Of a stretch of DNA of 61,872 bases, positions 46,796-56,520 are shown piece by piece. The position numbers and the translations under genes were made by a program. How positions within the stretch are numbered: the first letter of the stretch is position 1; every line of letters begins with the position of its first letter. Below the pieces are notes generated by a model, which was given only the letters and a program-made list of their open reading frames with translations, was not told the origin of the DNA and ran no database searches. Source of the DNA: a virus (lineage: Duplodnaviria; Caudoviricetes); IMG/VR virus record IMGVR_UViG_3300027759_000095, positions 1 through 61,872 of that record; one strand, written 5' to 3'.

Positions 46796-47569
46796 ATGGC
46801 CAAACAGTCTACACAAAAGCTAACGCGGGCGCAGATCCGTGAAGGGTTGGATACTATCCCGATAGATGCATTGCTAGGTGCTGGCCAGGGTAAGACACCA
46901 GCATTAACCCCTAAGATGCGTAAGTTCGCAGAGTCGGTAGCGATGGGAACCAGTAAGGCCAAAGCCTATAGGGATGTATACAACGCCAACCCAGCACCAA
47001 GTACGATAGTAACTGCCCCGTACAAGCTCGCAGCCGATGCTAGGGTAAAACGCGAGATAGAAGCCTATAAGCTTGCAATAGAGGCAGAGAAACACCGAAC
47101 CCCAGCTCAATTGAAGGCTTTGCTAGTGCAGCAGCTGGTCCAACACTCACTAGACGACGACTTTCCCCCGGCGTCCAGGGTGCAATGTCTCAAGCTGCTG
47201 GGCTCACTCTTTGAGGTTGGCGCGTTCGTGGAGCGCAAAGAGATAACGACAGTTAACCGCAGCGAAGATATCCGCACGCGGCTGCTGTCCAGGCTTCAGA
47301 CGATAGCGGTCGACGCCACCGAAGTGCAGGCCGACGATGCCCTAGACTTACTGGCTGAGATACGCACAGGGAAAACCTCGAAGGAACTGGAGCCGGTAGC
47401 GGTCGACGATGGCCATCCGGCCGGACCCACCACCGGGGCGGCCCCCGATGCAGGCCAGCCGCGCAGGGGAGAGCCTATACATACTATTCCACTCAAACGA
47501 TCCCAAGAAGAACAGGGCCACCCCTCAACATTACCAGAATCAGAGATAGTAGAAGATTTTGACAAGTAG
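46796..47569 (+). CDS. terS: Terminase small subunit (putative)
   Basis: LTPKMRKFA..V..G....AYR..Y HTH; R...LKLLG....V.AF.ER.E; upstream of terL. Confidence 0.65.
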   Translation: MAKQSTQKLTRAQIREGLDTIPIDALLGAGQGKTPALTPKMRKFAESVAMGTSKAKAYRDVYNANPAPSTIVTAPYKLAADARVKREIEAYKLAIEAEKHRTPAQLKALLVQQLVQHSLDDDFPPASRVQCLKLLGSLFEVGAFVERKEITTVNRSEDIRTRLLSRLQTIAVDATEVQADDALDLLAEIRTGKTSKELEPVAVDDGHPAGPTTGAAPDAGQPRRGEPIHTIPLKRSQEEQGHPSTLPESEIVEDFDK

Positions 47570-47619
47570 CCCCCTTGTGTTTTGGTACAAAAAGGGTGGG
47601 GGGTATATATTTTTTAAGG

Positions 47620-47640
47620 AACTATAACAATGTTAAAGTT
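47620..47640. repeat. Dispersed palindrome site 5 (AACTATAACAATGTTAAAGTT)
   Basis: Overlaps the start codon of 47630. Confidence 0.7.
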
Positions 47641-47884
47641 TGATGGGTTTGACTATGCTCTTATGGGGCAATCTGATATGTGGGTTCCTAATGGGGGCGG
47701 GGCTGCTTTGGTTACTAAGGCTATCTATGATGGCGAGAGGATGGTAAAGACTCTAATGAAGCAGATGACCGAAGAAGAGGCGCGGGAGTTTATTTCGTTT
47801 GCTATAGAGGGCAAGTACCTAGGCATAGAGACGCCCGTCATCTATTGGCCAACTTTAACAGGTGGTAAAGTTGTTATATCCTAA
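47630..47884 (+). CDS. Hypothetical conserved phage protein
   Basis: DGFD.A..G...YD...M..EEA.EF..F...G.YLG..TP motif. Confidence 0.75.
   Translation: MLKFDGFDYALMGQSDMWVPNGGGAALVTKAIYDGERMVKTLMKQMTEEEAREFISFAIEGKYLGIETPVIYWPTLTGGKVVIS
47851..47872. repeat. Dispersed palindrome site 6 (AACTTTAACAGGTGGTAAAGTT)
   Basis: Reverse complement of site 1. Confidence 0.85.
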
Positions 47885-47918
47885 AGAGCCATATACGGTA
47901 AAGAAGAAGGAGTACTTT

Positions 47919-48140
47919 ATGACGGAGAAGCAGCGGACGGTTTTTCTTGTGATAGATGAGTACTGGAAGAACTTTGGGTATGGGCCGTCTATAGATGACA
48001 TCATGTACCAGACGGGGGATAAGGGGCGCGGGAATGTTCATAGGGTGGTTAAGAAGTTGTGTGATCTTGGGATATGTAAGCGGGTGAGTAAGAGCGCCCG
48101 TAGTGTTCGGCCTAGCTATTTGTCAATGCGCAACATATGA
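47919..48140 (+). CDS. LexA N-terminal-like winged-helix DNA-binding protein (no peptidase domain)
   Basis: MTEKQ..VF..I..Y....GYGPSIDDI...G...VHR....L...G.......RS. Confidence 0.75.
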   Translation: MTEKQRTVFLVIDEYWKNFGYGPSIDDIMYQTGDKGRGNVHRVVKKLCDLGICKRVSKSARSVRPSYLSMRNI

Positions 48141-49636
48141 ATATTGACGCTATCAGCGAAGCTATAGGTCGCCTGCCTATTAATGAGCAGGAGGCTTTCT
48201 TTGATGAGCTGGATGAGTACCGGGCTTCTTTGGCTAGGGAAGAGGCGCAGGCTAACTTTCTCAAGTTTGTCCATACGATGTGGCCAGGGTTTATTGACGG
48301 GCGGCACCATAAGGTAATGGCCAGGAAGTTTGAGGACATCGCGTCGGGGAAGATTAAGCGCCTGATCGTGAACATGCCACCCCGCCATACGAAGTCTGAG
48401 TTCGCCAGCTACCTACTTCCGGCTTGGTTTTTGGGGAAATACCCTGATAAGAAAGTGATCCAGACATCTAATACGGCTGACCTTGCCGTTGGTTTTGGAC
48501 GTAAGGTCAGGAACCTGGTGGGTAGTGAGCAGTACGCCAAGATCTTTCCCAATGTTAATCTTAGGCAGGACAGTAAAGCCGCAGGTAGATGGTCTACTAA
48601 TAAGGATGGGGAGTATTTCGCTATCGGGGTAGGGGGGACGGTGACCGGTAAGGGCGCGGACCTACTTATTATTGATGACCCACATTCAGAGCAAGAGGCA
48701 GCTTTAGCGGCGGGTGATGCGTCGGTCTTTGATAAGGTCTACGAGTGGTACACGTCTGGACCTAGGCAGCGTCTTCAGCCGGGCGGGTCCATTGTGGTCG
48801 TTATGACCCGTTGGGCCAAACGAGATTTGACAGGCCGAATCCTCCAGTCTTCTATAGAGAAGGACGGGAACGACGAGTGGGAGGTAATCGACTTCCCCGC
48901 GATACTGCCCAGCGACAAACCTTTATGGCCTGAATTCTGGAGCCTAGAGGAACTAGAAGCCCTGCGCTCAGAACTACCAGTCTCAAAATGGAACGCCCAG
49001 TATCAACAGAGCCCAACCTCAGAGCAGGGGGCGATTGTTAAGAGGGAGTGGTGGAAGGAATGGAAAGGCGATGATCCACCCAAGTGTGAGTTTGTTATCC
49101 AAAGCTGGGATACCGCCTTCTTAAAGACAGAGCGGGCGGACTATTCCGCATGTACTACCTGGGGGGTGTTCTATATTAATGAGAACCCTAACGACGCTAA
49201 TATCATTTTGCTGGATTCTTTTAAGCGACGGATGGAGTTTCCGGAACTAAAGGAGAAGGCCTTCAATCACTACAAACAGTGGGAGCCGGATGCTTTTATT
49301 GTTGAGGCCAAGGCTTCGGGTGCGCCGCTAATCTTTGAGTTACGGGCTATGGGCATACCGGTACAAGAGTTTACGCCTAGCAGGGGTAATGATAAGATGG
49401 TGAGGATTAACTCTGTATCTGATCTGTTCGCAAGTGGAAAGGTTTGGGCTCCACCTACCAGATGGGCTGATGAGCTAATAGAAGAGATGGCCTCTTTCCC
49501 CAATGCGGAAAATGATGACTTGGTTGACTCCGCTACCCAGGCATTAATCAGGTTTAGAAAAGGCGGCTTTATTCGCTTGCAGACGGATGAGCAAGACGAA
49601 GTTCGTGCGTTTAGGCGCAAGGTATCTTATTACTAA
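48137..49636 (+). CDS. terL: Terminase large subunit
   Basis: MPPRHTKS Walker A, LLIIDDP Walker B, VMTRW, SWDTA and DDLVDS nuclease motifs. Confidence 0.95.
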   Translation: MNIDAISEAIGRLPINEQEAFFDELDEYRASLAREEAQANFLKFVHTMWPGFIDGRHHKVMARKFEDIASGKIKRLIVNMPPRHTKSEFASYLLPAWFLGKYPDKKVIQTSNTADLAVGFGRKVRNLVGSEQYAKIFPNVNLRQDSKAAGRWSTNKDGEYFAIGVGGTVTGKGADLLIIDDPHSEQEAALAAGDASVFDKVYEWYTSGPRQRLQPGGSIVVVMTRWAKRDLTGRILQSSIEKDGNDEWEVIDFPAILPSDKPLWPEFWSLEELEALRSELPVSKWNAQYQQSPTSEQGAIVKREWWKEWKGDDPPKCEFVIQSWDTAFLKTERADYSACTTWGVFYINENPNDANIILLDSFKRRMEFPELKEKAFNHYKQWEPDAFIVEAKASGAPLIFELRAMGIPVQEFTPSRGNDKMVRINSVSDLFASGKVWAPPTRWADELIEEMASFPNAENDDLVDSATQALIRFRKGGFIRLQTDEQDEVRAFRRKVSYY

Positions 49637-49644
49637 GGATTAAT

Positions 49645-52053
49645 ATGTCCATTGAAAAATCACTATACGCCGCTCCTATGGGCATTGAGTCATTGGCTGA
49701 GCCAGATATTGAGATTGAGATTGAAGACCCGGAGTCAGTAAGTATTAAGGCCGGGGATATTGAGATTGAAATAGGGAGCGTTGAAGATGACTTTGAGGCT
49801 AACCTTGTTGAGCATCTTCCTGATGATGTTGTTACTGAGCTTGTCAGTGACCTACTTAGTGATTTTGACGACGACATTAACTCTCGTAAAGACTGGATGC
49901 AGACTTACGTCGATGGTCTTGAACTTCTGGGAATGAAGATTGAGGAGCGGGCTGATCCTTGGATTGGTGCTTGCGGTGTATACCATCCTCTTCTCTCCGA
50001 GGCCGTAGTTAAATTCCAGGCCGAAGTAATGATGAGTACCTTCCCGGCTGCCGGCCCGGTGAAGACGCAGATTATTGGCAAGGAAACTCAAGAAAAGAAG
50101 CAAGCCGCTACTCGCGTGGCTGCTGACATGAACTATGAGCTGACGGATGTAATGACCGAGTTCCGGCCTGAGCATGAGCGCATGTTGTGGGGCTTGGGAT
50201 TGGCTGGTAATGCGTTCAAGAAGGTGTACTTTGACCCTAACTTAGACCGCCAGACCTCTATTTTTGTTACAGCTGAAGACCTTGTGGTCCCTTACGGCGC
50301 ATCAGACCTGCAAACGGCTGAGCGTATTACCCATGTTATGCGCAAAACCGAAAATGAGTTGCGCAAACTACAGGTTGCCGGCTTCTATGCTGATATAGAT
50401 CTGGGTGAGCCAGACAATATCTTGGATGAAGTAGAGAAAAAGATTGCCGAGAAGATGGGATTTCGCGCCCAGACGGATGATCGCTACAAAATCCTTGAGA
50501 TGAACGTAAATTTGGACCTTGAAGGGTACGAAGATACAGACAAACATGGGGAAGAGACAGGAATTGCCCTGCCTTATATCGTTACGATTGAAAAAGGCAG
50601 CAATAAATGCCTAGCCATCCGCCGCAATTGGGAAAAACACGATAAGTTAAAGACTAAGCGCCAGCATTTTGTCCATTACGGCTATGTCCCTGGCTTTGGC
50701 TTCTACTGTTTTGGCCTTATTCACCTAGTCGGTGCGTTTGCCAAGTCTGGAACTTCTATTCTGCGCCAGTTGGTGGATGCTGGAACCCTGGCCAACCTAC
50801 CAGGAGGCTTCAAAACACGCGGACTTCGTGTTAAGGGAGACGATACACCTATCGGACCAGCCGAGTGGAGGGATGTTGACGTACCCAGCGGGACCATTTC
50901 AGAGAACATCATGGCTCTTCCTTACAAGGAACCAAGCCAAGTACTGGCCATGCTCCTTGACAAGATCGTGGAGGAGGGGCGCAAGTTTGCTTCTGCTGCT
51001 GATATACAAGTTGCAGACATGTCGGCCAACTCTCCCGTTGGTACTACCCTGGCCATCCTTGAGCGCACACTAAAAGTAATGACTGCCGTCCAGGCGCGTA
51101 TTCATTACTCGTTCAAACAAGAGCTGGGACTGCTGCGCGACATCATTCGCGACTACACGCCAGATGAGTACAGCTACGAGCCTGAAGAAGGATCTCCTAA
51201 AGCCAAGAAGTCTGACTATGACCTAGTGGCTGTTATCCCTGTCTCCGATCCTAACGCCGCAACGATGGCGCAAAAGATTGTGCAGTACCAGGCGGTTATT
51301 CAACTGGCTCAGATGGCCCCGCAGATCTATGACTTACCACAGCTGCACCGCCAGATGCTAGATGTGCTGGGGATTAAGAATCCAGAGAAGCTAGTACCTC
51401 TACCTGATGATGAGAATCCTGTGGACCCAATTAGCGAGAACATGAACGCTTTGAATGGTAAGCCGCTAAAGGCATTTATCACTCAGGACCAGCAAGCTCA
51501 TATTGCAGCGCACCAAATGTTCATGCAAGATCCATTGATTATGAAGACCATTGGGCAAAACCCACAGGCCAACATGATCATGGCGGCATTGCAATCACAT
51601 ATTGCAGATCACCTTGGCTTCCACTATCGCACAATGATTGAGAAGCAAATGGGTGTACCAATGCCGCCGCCTAATGAGCATCTGCCAGAGGATATTGAGG
51701 TTGAACTTTCACGGCTGGTTGCCCAGGCAAGCGCACAAGTCCTGCAGGCTAACACTGCACAAGCCCAGCAAGCCCAAGCCCAGCAAATGGCTCAAGACCC
51801 GCTTATCCAAATGCAACAACAAGAGCTGCAAATTAAGGGCGCTGAGCAACAGCGCAAACAGCAGAAGGATCAAGTTGATGCCCAGCTAAAAACTAGCCAG
51901 CAACAGATTGAACGTGAGCGTATCCAAAGCCAAAAAGAAACGGATATGACCAGGATTCAAACGGACTTTGTGAAATCACAAAAGGAACTGGATGCCCATA
52001 ATGAAATTGAGCGCCAGCGCATATTAAGCAACCTTGTTGGACGTAAACAATGA
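49645..52053 (+). CDS. Portal protein
   Basis: 802 aa directly after terL; HPLLSEAVVKFQ, FKKVYFD and Q-rich C-terminal barrel. Confidence 0.85.
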   Translation: MSIEKSLYAAPMGIESLAEPDIEIEIEDPESVSIKAGDIEIEIGSVEDDFEANLVEHLPDDVVTELVSDLLSDFDDDINSRKDWMQTYVDGLELLGMKIEERADPWIGACGVYHPLLSEAVVKFQAEVMMSTFPAAGPVKTQIIGKETQEKKQAATRVAADMNYELTDVMTEFRPEHERMLWGLGLAGNAFKKVYFDPNLDRQTSIFVTAEDLVVPYGASDLQTAERITHVMRKTENELRKLQVAGFYADIDLGEPDNILDEVEKKIAEKMGFRAQTDDRYKILEMNVNLDLEGYEDTDKHGEETGIALPYIVTIEKGSNKCLAIRRNWEKHDKLKTKRQHFVHYGYVPGFGFYCFGLIHLVGAFAKSGTSILRQLVDAGTLANLPGGFKTRGLRVKGDDTPIGPAEWRDVDVPSGTISENIMALPYKEPSQVLAMLLDKIVEEGRKFASAADIQVADMSANSPVGTTLAILERTLKVMTAVQARIHYSFKQELGLLRDIIRDYTPDEYSYEPEEGSPKAKKSDYDLVAVIPVSDPNAATMAQKIVQYQAVIQLAQMAPQIYDLPQLHRQMLDVLGIKNPEKLVPLPDDENPVDPISENMNALNGKPLKAFITQDQQAHIAAHQMFMQDPLIMKTIGQNPQANMIMAALQSHIADHLGFHYRTMIEKQMGVPMPPPNEHLPEDIEVELSRLVAQASAQVLQANTAQAQQAQAQQMAQDPLIQMQQQELQIKGAEQQRKQQKDQVDAQLKTSQQQIERERIQSQKETDMTRIQTDFVKSQKELDAHNEIERQRILSNLVGRKQ

Positions 52054-52250
52054 TTAATAACTACCTAGAACATCTATCAAAGAAGATAGATGACAAAGTA
52101 TCCCAACTCCAAATAGCTCTAGCGGATGGCAACGCTGGGGATTATGCGGAGTACAAGAAGATGTGCGGCGAGGTTAAAGGTCTGCTTACCGCACGTTTAT
52201 TTATCTCAGACCTACAGGAAAGATTGAAAACCCATGATGACGATGAGTGA
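52050..52250 (+). CDS. Hypothetical protein
   Basis: DYAEYK..CGE.KGL motif; coupled. Confidence 0.7.
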   Translation: MINNYLEHLSKKIDDKVSQLQIALADGNAGDYAEYKKMCGEVKGLLTARLFISDLQERLKTHDDDE

Positions 52251-52650
52251 AGTAGATTTAATTAAAGCCGTGGACTTGTCTCAGATAATGAACAAGGGCG
52301 CGGAACAAAAAGCCAAGCAGCTACCAAAGCCGTCTGGCTACCGCATTTTGTGCGCAATTCCAGAAGTGGAAAAAGAATACGAAAGTGAGTTTGGATTGCT
52401 TAAATCCGATGAAGCCATTCGTAACGAAGAGCTTTTAACAACGGTATTGTTCGTTGTGGACCTAGGACCTGATTGCTACAAAGATGCAACGCGGTTTCCA
52501 ACTGGCCCATACTGCAAAGCAGGCGACTTTATCTTGGTTAGGCCACATGCAGGAACCCGGCTAATCATCCACGGCAAAGAGTTTCGTGTAATTAACGATG
52601 ACTCCGTTGAGGGTGTAGTTGAAGATCCACGCGGTATCCGCCGCAAATAA
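52234..52650 (+). CDS. GroES-like co-chaperonin
   Basis: P.GYRIL...G.D.Y...GDFIL....AGT...I.GKEFR.INDD.V.GVV. Confidence 0.8.
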   Translation: MMTMSEVDLIKAVDLSQIMNKGAEQKAKQLPKPSGYRILCAIPEVEKEYESEFGLLKSDEAIRNEELLTTVLFVVDLGPDCYKDATRFPTGPYCKAGDFILVRPHAGTRLIIHGKEFRVINDDSVEGVVEDPRGIRRK

Positions 52651-52659
52651 GGAGCAGAT

Positions 52660-53577
52660 ATGTCTGATTTTAAATTTCCTGATGAGCAGGATGATATAAA
52701 AGAAAATGAAATTGACGATGAAATAATCGTTGAGGTAGAGGATAAGACTCCTCCAGAAGATCGTAATAAAGCACCTTTGCCTGAAAAGATTAAGGAAGAA
52801 CTTTATAACGATGAGCTGGAGGATTACTCCACTAAGGTAAAGAAGAAACTTCTTCAAATGAAAAAACTTGCGCATGACGAGCGCAGGGAAAAAGAAACTG
52901 CTTTGCGTGAGCAAAATGAAACCGTTGAGTTTGCTAAAAGATTAATGGATGAGAACAAAAGGCTCAAGTCCAACCTGTCTAATAGCGAAAAAAATGTTCT
53001 TTATTCTGTTACCAAAACCGTGGAAATGGAATTGGAGCAGGCCAAAAAAGCTTATCGGGAGGCCTATGATTCTGGCGATACTGATAAGGTAATGGAGGCA
53101 CAGGAACGTCTTACTGAGGCAACACTAAAGATTGATAAAGTAAGAAATTTCCGCCCGCCGGCTGAAGAAACCCAAGAAAGTGTGGTACAAACGCCTCAAC
53201 CCCGTGTCCAACGGCCCCAGGCAGATCCGTCTGCTGTAGCCTGGCAACAGGAAAATCCTTGGTTTGGGGAAGATGAAGAGATGACCAGCTTGGCTTTGGG
53301 TCTTCACGAGAAGATGCAGCGCGAAGGGGTTAGAATTTCATCGCAGGAGTATTACTCCCGTTTAGATAATACAATCCGCAAGCGTTTCCCAGAGAAATTT
53401 GAGGACGCAGAGGAACAAGAATCTCGGCCTAGCCGAAAAAGCTCGGTGGTTGCACCGGCTACACGGACAACATCCGCAAAACGAGTTAGGTTAACCACTG
53501 GTGAACTTAACTTGGCAAAGAAGTTTAACTTAACACCGGAGCAATTTGCTGCGGAAAAAATCAAATTGGAGGCCTAA
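52660..53577 (+). CDS. Capsid scaffolding protein (putative)
   Basis: Acidic coiled coil with W...NPWFG and C-terminal LT..E...AKK..LT.EQFA; upstream of capsid genes. Confidence 0.65.
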   Translation: MSDFKFPDEQDDIKENEIDDEIIVEVEDKTPPEDRNKAPLPEKIKEELYNDELEDYSTKVKKKLLQMKKLAHDERREKETALREQNETVEFAKRLMDENKRLKSNLSNSEKNVLYSVTKTVEMELEQAKKAYREAYDSGDTDKVMEAQERLTEATLKIDKVRNFRPPAEETQESVVQTPQPRVQRPQADPSAVAWQQENPWFGEDEEMTSLALGLHEKMQREGVRISSQEYYSRLDNTIRKRFPEKFEDAEEQESRPSRKSSVVAPATRTTSAKRVRLTTGELNLAKKFNLTPEQFAAEKIKLEA

Positions 53578-53578
53578 C

Positions 53579-54028
53579 ATGGCTGAAAACAGAAAACCGC
53601 GTGAGCTTGAGGAACGACTATTAACTGAGCGCCCAAAGCAGTGGGCACCGGCAGAGTTACTTCCTGAACCAGACAAGCAACCTGGCTACAAATATCGGTG
53701 GGTGCGTGTTTCAACTTTGAATCAAGCAGATCCTCGCAATATCTCGGCCAAACTCCGTGAGCATTGGGAGCCTGTTCCAGTTGAAGAACAACCCAGATTC
53801 AGACTGTTAGCTGATCCATCGAGTCGATTTAAAGACAACATTGAGATTGGCGGGTTATTGCTTTGCAAGACTCCTGAGGAACTTGTTGACCAACGTAATA
53901 CTTACTTTGCACGACAAAATGTTGCTCAAATGGAGGCTGTAGACAATACTCTTATGCGGCAAAGCGACGCGCGGATGCCTCTCTTTAGGGAGAGTAAATC
54001 TTCAAGTAGCTTTGGAAAAGGTATTTAA
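53579..54028 (+). CDS. Conserved head-region protein
   Basis: PGYKYRWVR...LRE.WEPV...GGLLLCK motif; RBS GGAGG. Confidence 0.7.
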   Translation: MAENRKPRELEERLLTERPKQWAPAELLPEPDKQPGYKYRWVRVSTLNQADPRNISAKLREHWEPVPVEEQPRFRLLADPSSRFKDNIEIGGLLLCKTPEELVDQRNTYFARQNVAQMEAVDNTLMRQSDARMPLFRESKSSSSFGKGI

Positions 54029-54044
54029 TTTTTAGGAGTCCTTT

Positions 54045-54869
54045 ATGGCTTATCCGGTTATTAGCGCCCCTTACGGGCTAAAGCCGATCAACCTGATCGG
54101 CGGTCAGGTATTTGCGGGTTCTACTCGCGAGTATCCGATCACTAACGGTTACAGCACAAACATTTTCTACGGTGATTACGTAGGTTTGTCTCGTGGTGAA
54201 ATCGTCCGTCTGTCTGTGTCTACTGGCACAGCAGGCAACCAAACTGGCATCTTTTTAGGATGTTCGTTTACCAACCCCGTCACAAAACAAAAGCAATTTC
54301 AGCAATACTGGCCCGCATCAACTGCGGCTGGCGATGCAGTGGCTATTGTTGCTGACGATCCTGACCAAGTGTTCAAGGGCGTTGTTTGCTCTGCTACTAC
54401 CGCTGTTGCTTCTGGCGCTCGCGCTATGATCGGCCAAAACCTGGCCATGATTAACAACACAGGCAGCACCGCAACCGGCAACTCCAAGAATGCTATCTTG
54501 GCTCCAAGCGATACGCCCGCCACCACTTCGTCCTTGCCCGTCCGCGTGCTTGGCTTGGTGCCTGACACGGCTGTTAGTTTGGGAACTGTGACCTATACCA
54601 GCATCTCCACCGCTACAGTTACTTGCTCGGCTCTGCCGTTTGCATTGCCTGTGGGTACTGACGTTGGTTCGCTGGATTCAAACGGTCAATACGTTTCTTC
54701 CGGTTCGTTTGTTGACACCGCTGCTGCTGCCGGTGCTACATCGTTTATCTTGAATCAAGCTCCTGTTGCTACATTGAACACAACCATTGTGTTGATGCAG
54801 TACCCTGAGATCCTGGTTAAGATTAACTTTGGTCAGCATCAGTATTACGCTGGCACCAGCATTGCCTAA
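54045..54869 (+). CDS. Minor capsid/decoration protein
   Basis: APYGLKP...IFYGD.V...G.F.GC...DDPD; immediately upstream of the MCP. Confidence 0.6.
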   Translation: MAYPVISAPYGLKPINLIGGQVFAGSTREYPITNGYSTNIFYGDYVGLSRGEIVRLSVSTGTAGNQTGIFLGCSFTNPVTKQKQFQQYWPASTAAGDAVAIVADDPDQVFKGVVCSATTAVASGARAMIGQNLAMINNTGSTATGNSKNAILAPSDTPATTSSLPVRVLGLVPDTAVSLGTVTYTSISTATVTCSALPFALPVGTDVGSLDSNGQYVSSGSFVDTAAAAGATSFILNQAPVATLNTTIVLMQYPEILVKINFGQHQYYAGTSIA

Positions 54870-54882
54870 GGAGTAACTCAAA

Positions 54883-55791
54883 ATGGCTATTTCACGCGCA
54901 CAACTACTTAAAGAGTTGCTCCCTGGGCTTAACGCCTTGTTTGGTCTGCAGTATAAAACCTACGATCAAGAACACACTGAAATCTACGAAACCGAGACTT
55001 CTGAGCGTTCTTTTGAAGAGGAAACAAAACTGTCTGGCTTTTCTGCTGCACCTGTTAAGAACGAGGGCTCTGCCATCGCTTATGACAATGCTCAAGAAGC
55101 TTGGACCGCTCGCTACAACCACGAAACCATCGCTTTGGGCTTCTCCCTGACGGAAGAGGCAATCGAAGACAATCTGTATGACAGCTTGTCCGCTCGTTAC
55201 ACCAAAGGTCTGGCTCGTGCTATGGCATACACCAAGCAGGTTAAAGCTGCTGCTGTATTGAATAACGGCTTCTCGTCTGCCTATCCAGGCGGCGATGGCG
55301 TATCGTTGTTCAACAGCGCTCACCCGCTGGTGTCTGGCGCTACCAACAGTAACGTTCCCGCTACTTCGGCTGACTTGAATGAAACTTCGTTGGAAAACGC
55401 AGTTATTCAAATCTCCCTGTGGACGGACGAGCGTGGTCTGTTGATCGCTGCCAAGCCAAAGAAGCTGATTGTTCCGCCTTCTCTGCAATTCGTTGCCACC
55501 CGTCTGTTGGAAACCGAACTCCGTGTCGGCACCACTGACAATGATGTCAACGCTTTGAAGAACAACGGTTCTATCCCTGGCGGCTACACGATCAACCACT
55601 TCTTGACCGACACGAACGGCTGGTATTTGACCACCGACGTTCCTAACGGCATGAAGCACTTTGTTCGTACTCCTCTGTCCACTGGTATGGACGGCGACTT
55701 TGATACCGGCAACGTCCGTTACAAAGCTCGTGAGCGTTACAGCTTCGGCTGGTCTGATCCTCTGGGCATGTACGCTTCTGCTGGAGCCTAA
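54883..55791 (+). CDS. Major capsid protein (Mu gpT-like family)
   Basis: MAISRAQLLKELLPGLNALFG...EEAIEDNLY...GDFDTGNVRYKARERYSFGWSDP. Confidence 0.9.
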   Translation: MAISRAQLLKELLPGLNALFGLQYKTYDQEHTEIYETETSERSFEEETKLSGFSAAPVKNEGSAIAYDNAQEAWTARYNHETIALGFSLTEEAIEDNLYDSLSARYTKGLARAMAYTKQVKAAAVLNNGFSSAYPGGDGVSLFNSAHPLVSGATNSNVPATSADLNETSLENAVIQISLWTDERGLLIAAKPKKLIVPPSLQFVATRLLETELRVGTTDNDVNALKNNGSIPGGYTINHFLTDTNGWYLTTDVPNGMKHFVRTPLSTGMDGDFDTGNVRYKARERYSFGWSDPLGMYASAGA

Positions 55792-55828
55792 TCGGATTCA
55801 GTAAGGTAGAGGTGACTGGCCTGCCACT

Positions 55829-55852
55829 AGGGCTCCTTCGGGAGCCCTTTTT
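55829..55852 (+). terminator. Rho-independent terminator after MCP
   Basis: AGGGCTCC-TTCG-GGAGCCCT followed by TTTT. Confidence 0.9.
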
Positions 55853-55894
55853 ATTTGCACAATCTATTTAAAACTGTGATATATTGCAGCTACT

Positions 55895-55967
55895 CCGGGC
55901 TTTCCGGTGCATCAAACTGTCCCGGCAGACGACATACCGATTGATGCACTTCACTTGTATGTAAGGA
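55895..55967 (+). ncRNA. Candidate double-pseudoknot cis-regulatory leader
   Basis: GTGCATCAA/TTGATGCAC stem, CCGGG/CCCGG and ACATAC/GTATGT cross-pairings, adjacent to SD AAGGA. Confidence 0.5.
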
Positions 55968-55973
55968 ATTATC

Positions 55974-56477
55974 ATGGGATTCGCAACTCATCTCGGCCCT
56001 TGGCTGCTCGGCACTGTTAAAAACACCACCGGCACAACTGCTGGAACCATTCGCAACATGGGCGCTACTATCGTTGCCCAGACCTACACAGCCCCCACTT
56101 CTGTCATTCTGGCAAGCCCTGCGGCGCAACTGATGTTCGCGCTTCCTGCGGGCGCTAAGATTGTTCGTTTTGGCTTAGAGGTCAATGTTGCCCTGACTGG
56201 CGCAACTAACTGCGGCGTTACCATTGGTAGCAGCGGCACTGCCAACTTGTACATGGCTACGGTCAACACCGGCACTTCGGCAGTTCAGACTTCTCCAGCT
56301 ACCATCGCAGCGGCTACTTCAGGTGTTTATGACAGCATTGGCACAACTGATGTGCTTGTTTACGGTACGTTTACTGCGGCTACTGCTGACGCTACTGCTG
56401 GTACGATTACTGTCACTGTTGAGTACATCGTTCGTGACTCTGACGGTTCAGCTAACCCAACCGCTACACAGCAGTAA
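55974..56477 (+). CDS. Virion structural (decoration-like) protein
   Basis: T/A/G-rich beta protein with LPAGAKI and G.ITVTVEY motifs. Confidence 0.7.
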   Translation: MGFATHLGPWLLGTVKNTTGTTAGTIRNMGATIVAQTYTAPTSVILASPAAQLMFALPAGAKIVRFGLEVNVALTGATNCGVTIGSSGTANLYMATVNTGTSAVQTSPATIAAATSGVYDSIGTTDVLVYGTFTAATADATAGTITVTVEYIVRDSDGSANPTATQQ

Positions 56478-56520
56478 TTAATCTTGGGGGCTTTGGCCCC
56501 CTTATAACAGGAGATTAATT

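Noticed and set aside
54904-55659. 251-aa antisense ORF and other long shadow ORFs (e.g. 12040-12684, 26543-27205, 41408-42064)
   Set aside because: They lie opposite well-supported genes, lack RBS and motifs, and are expected from codon bias
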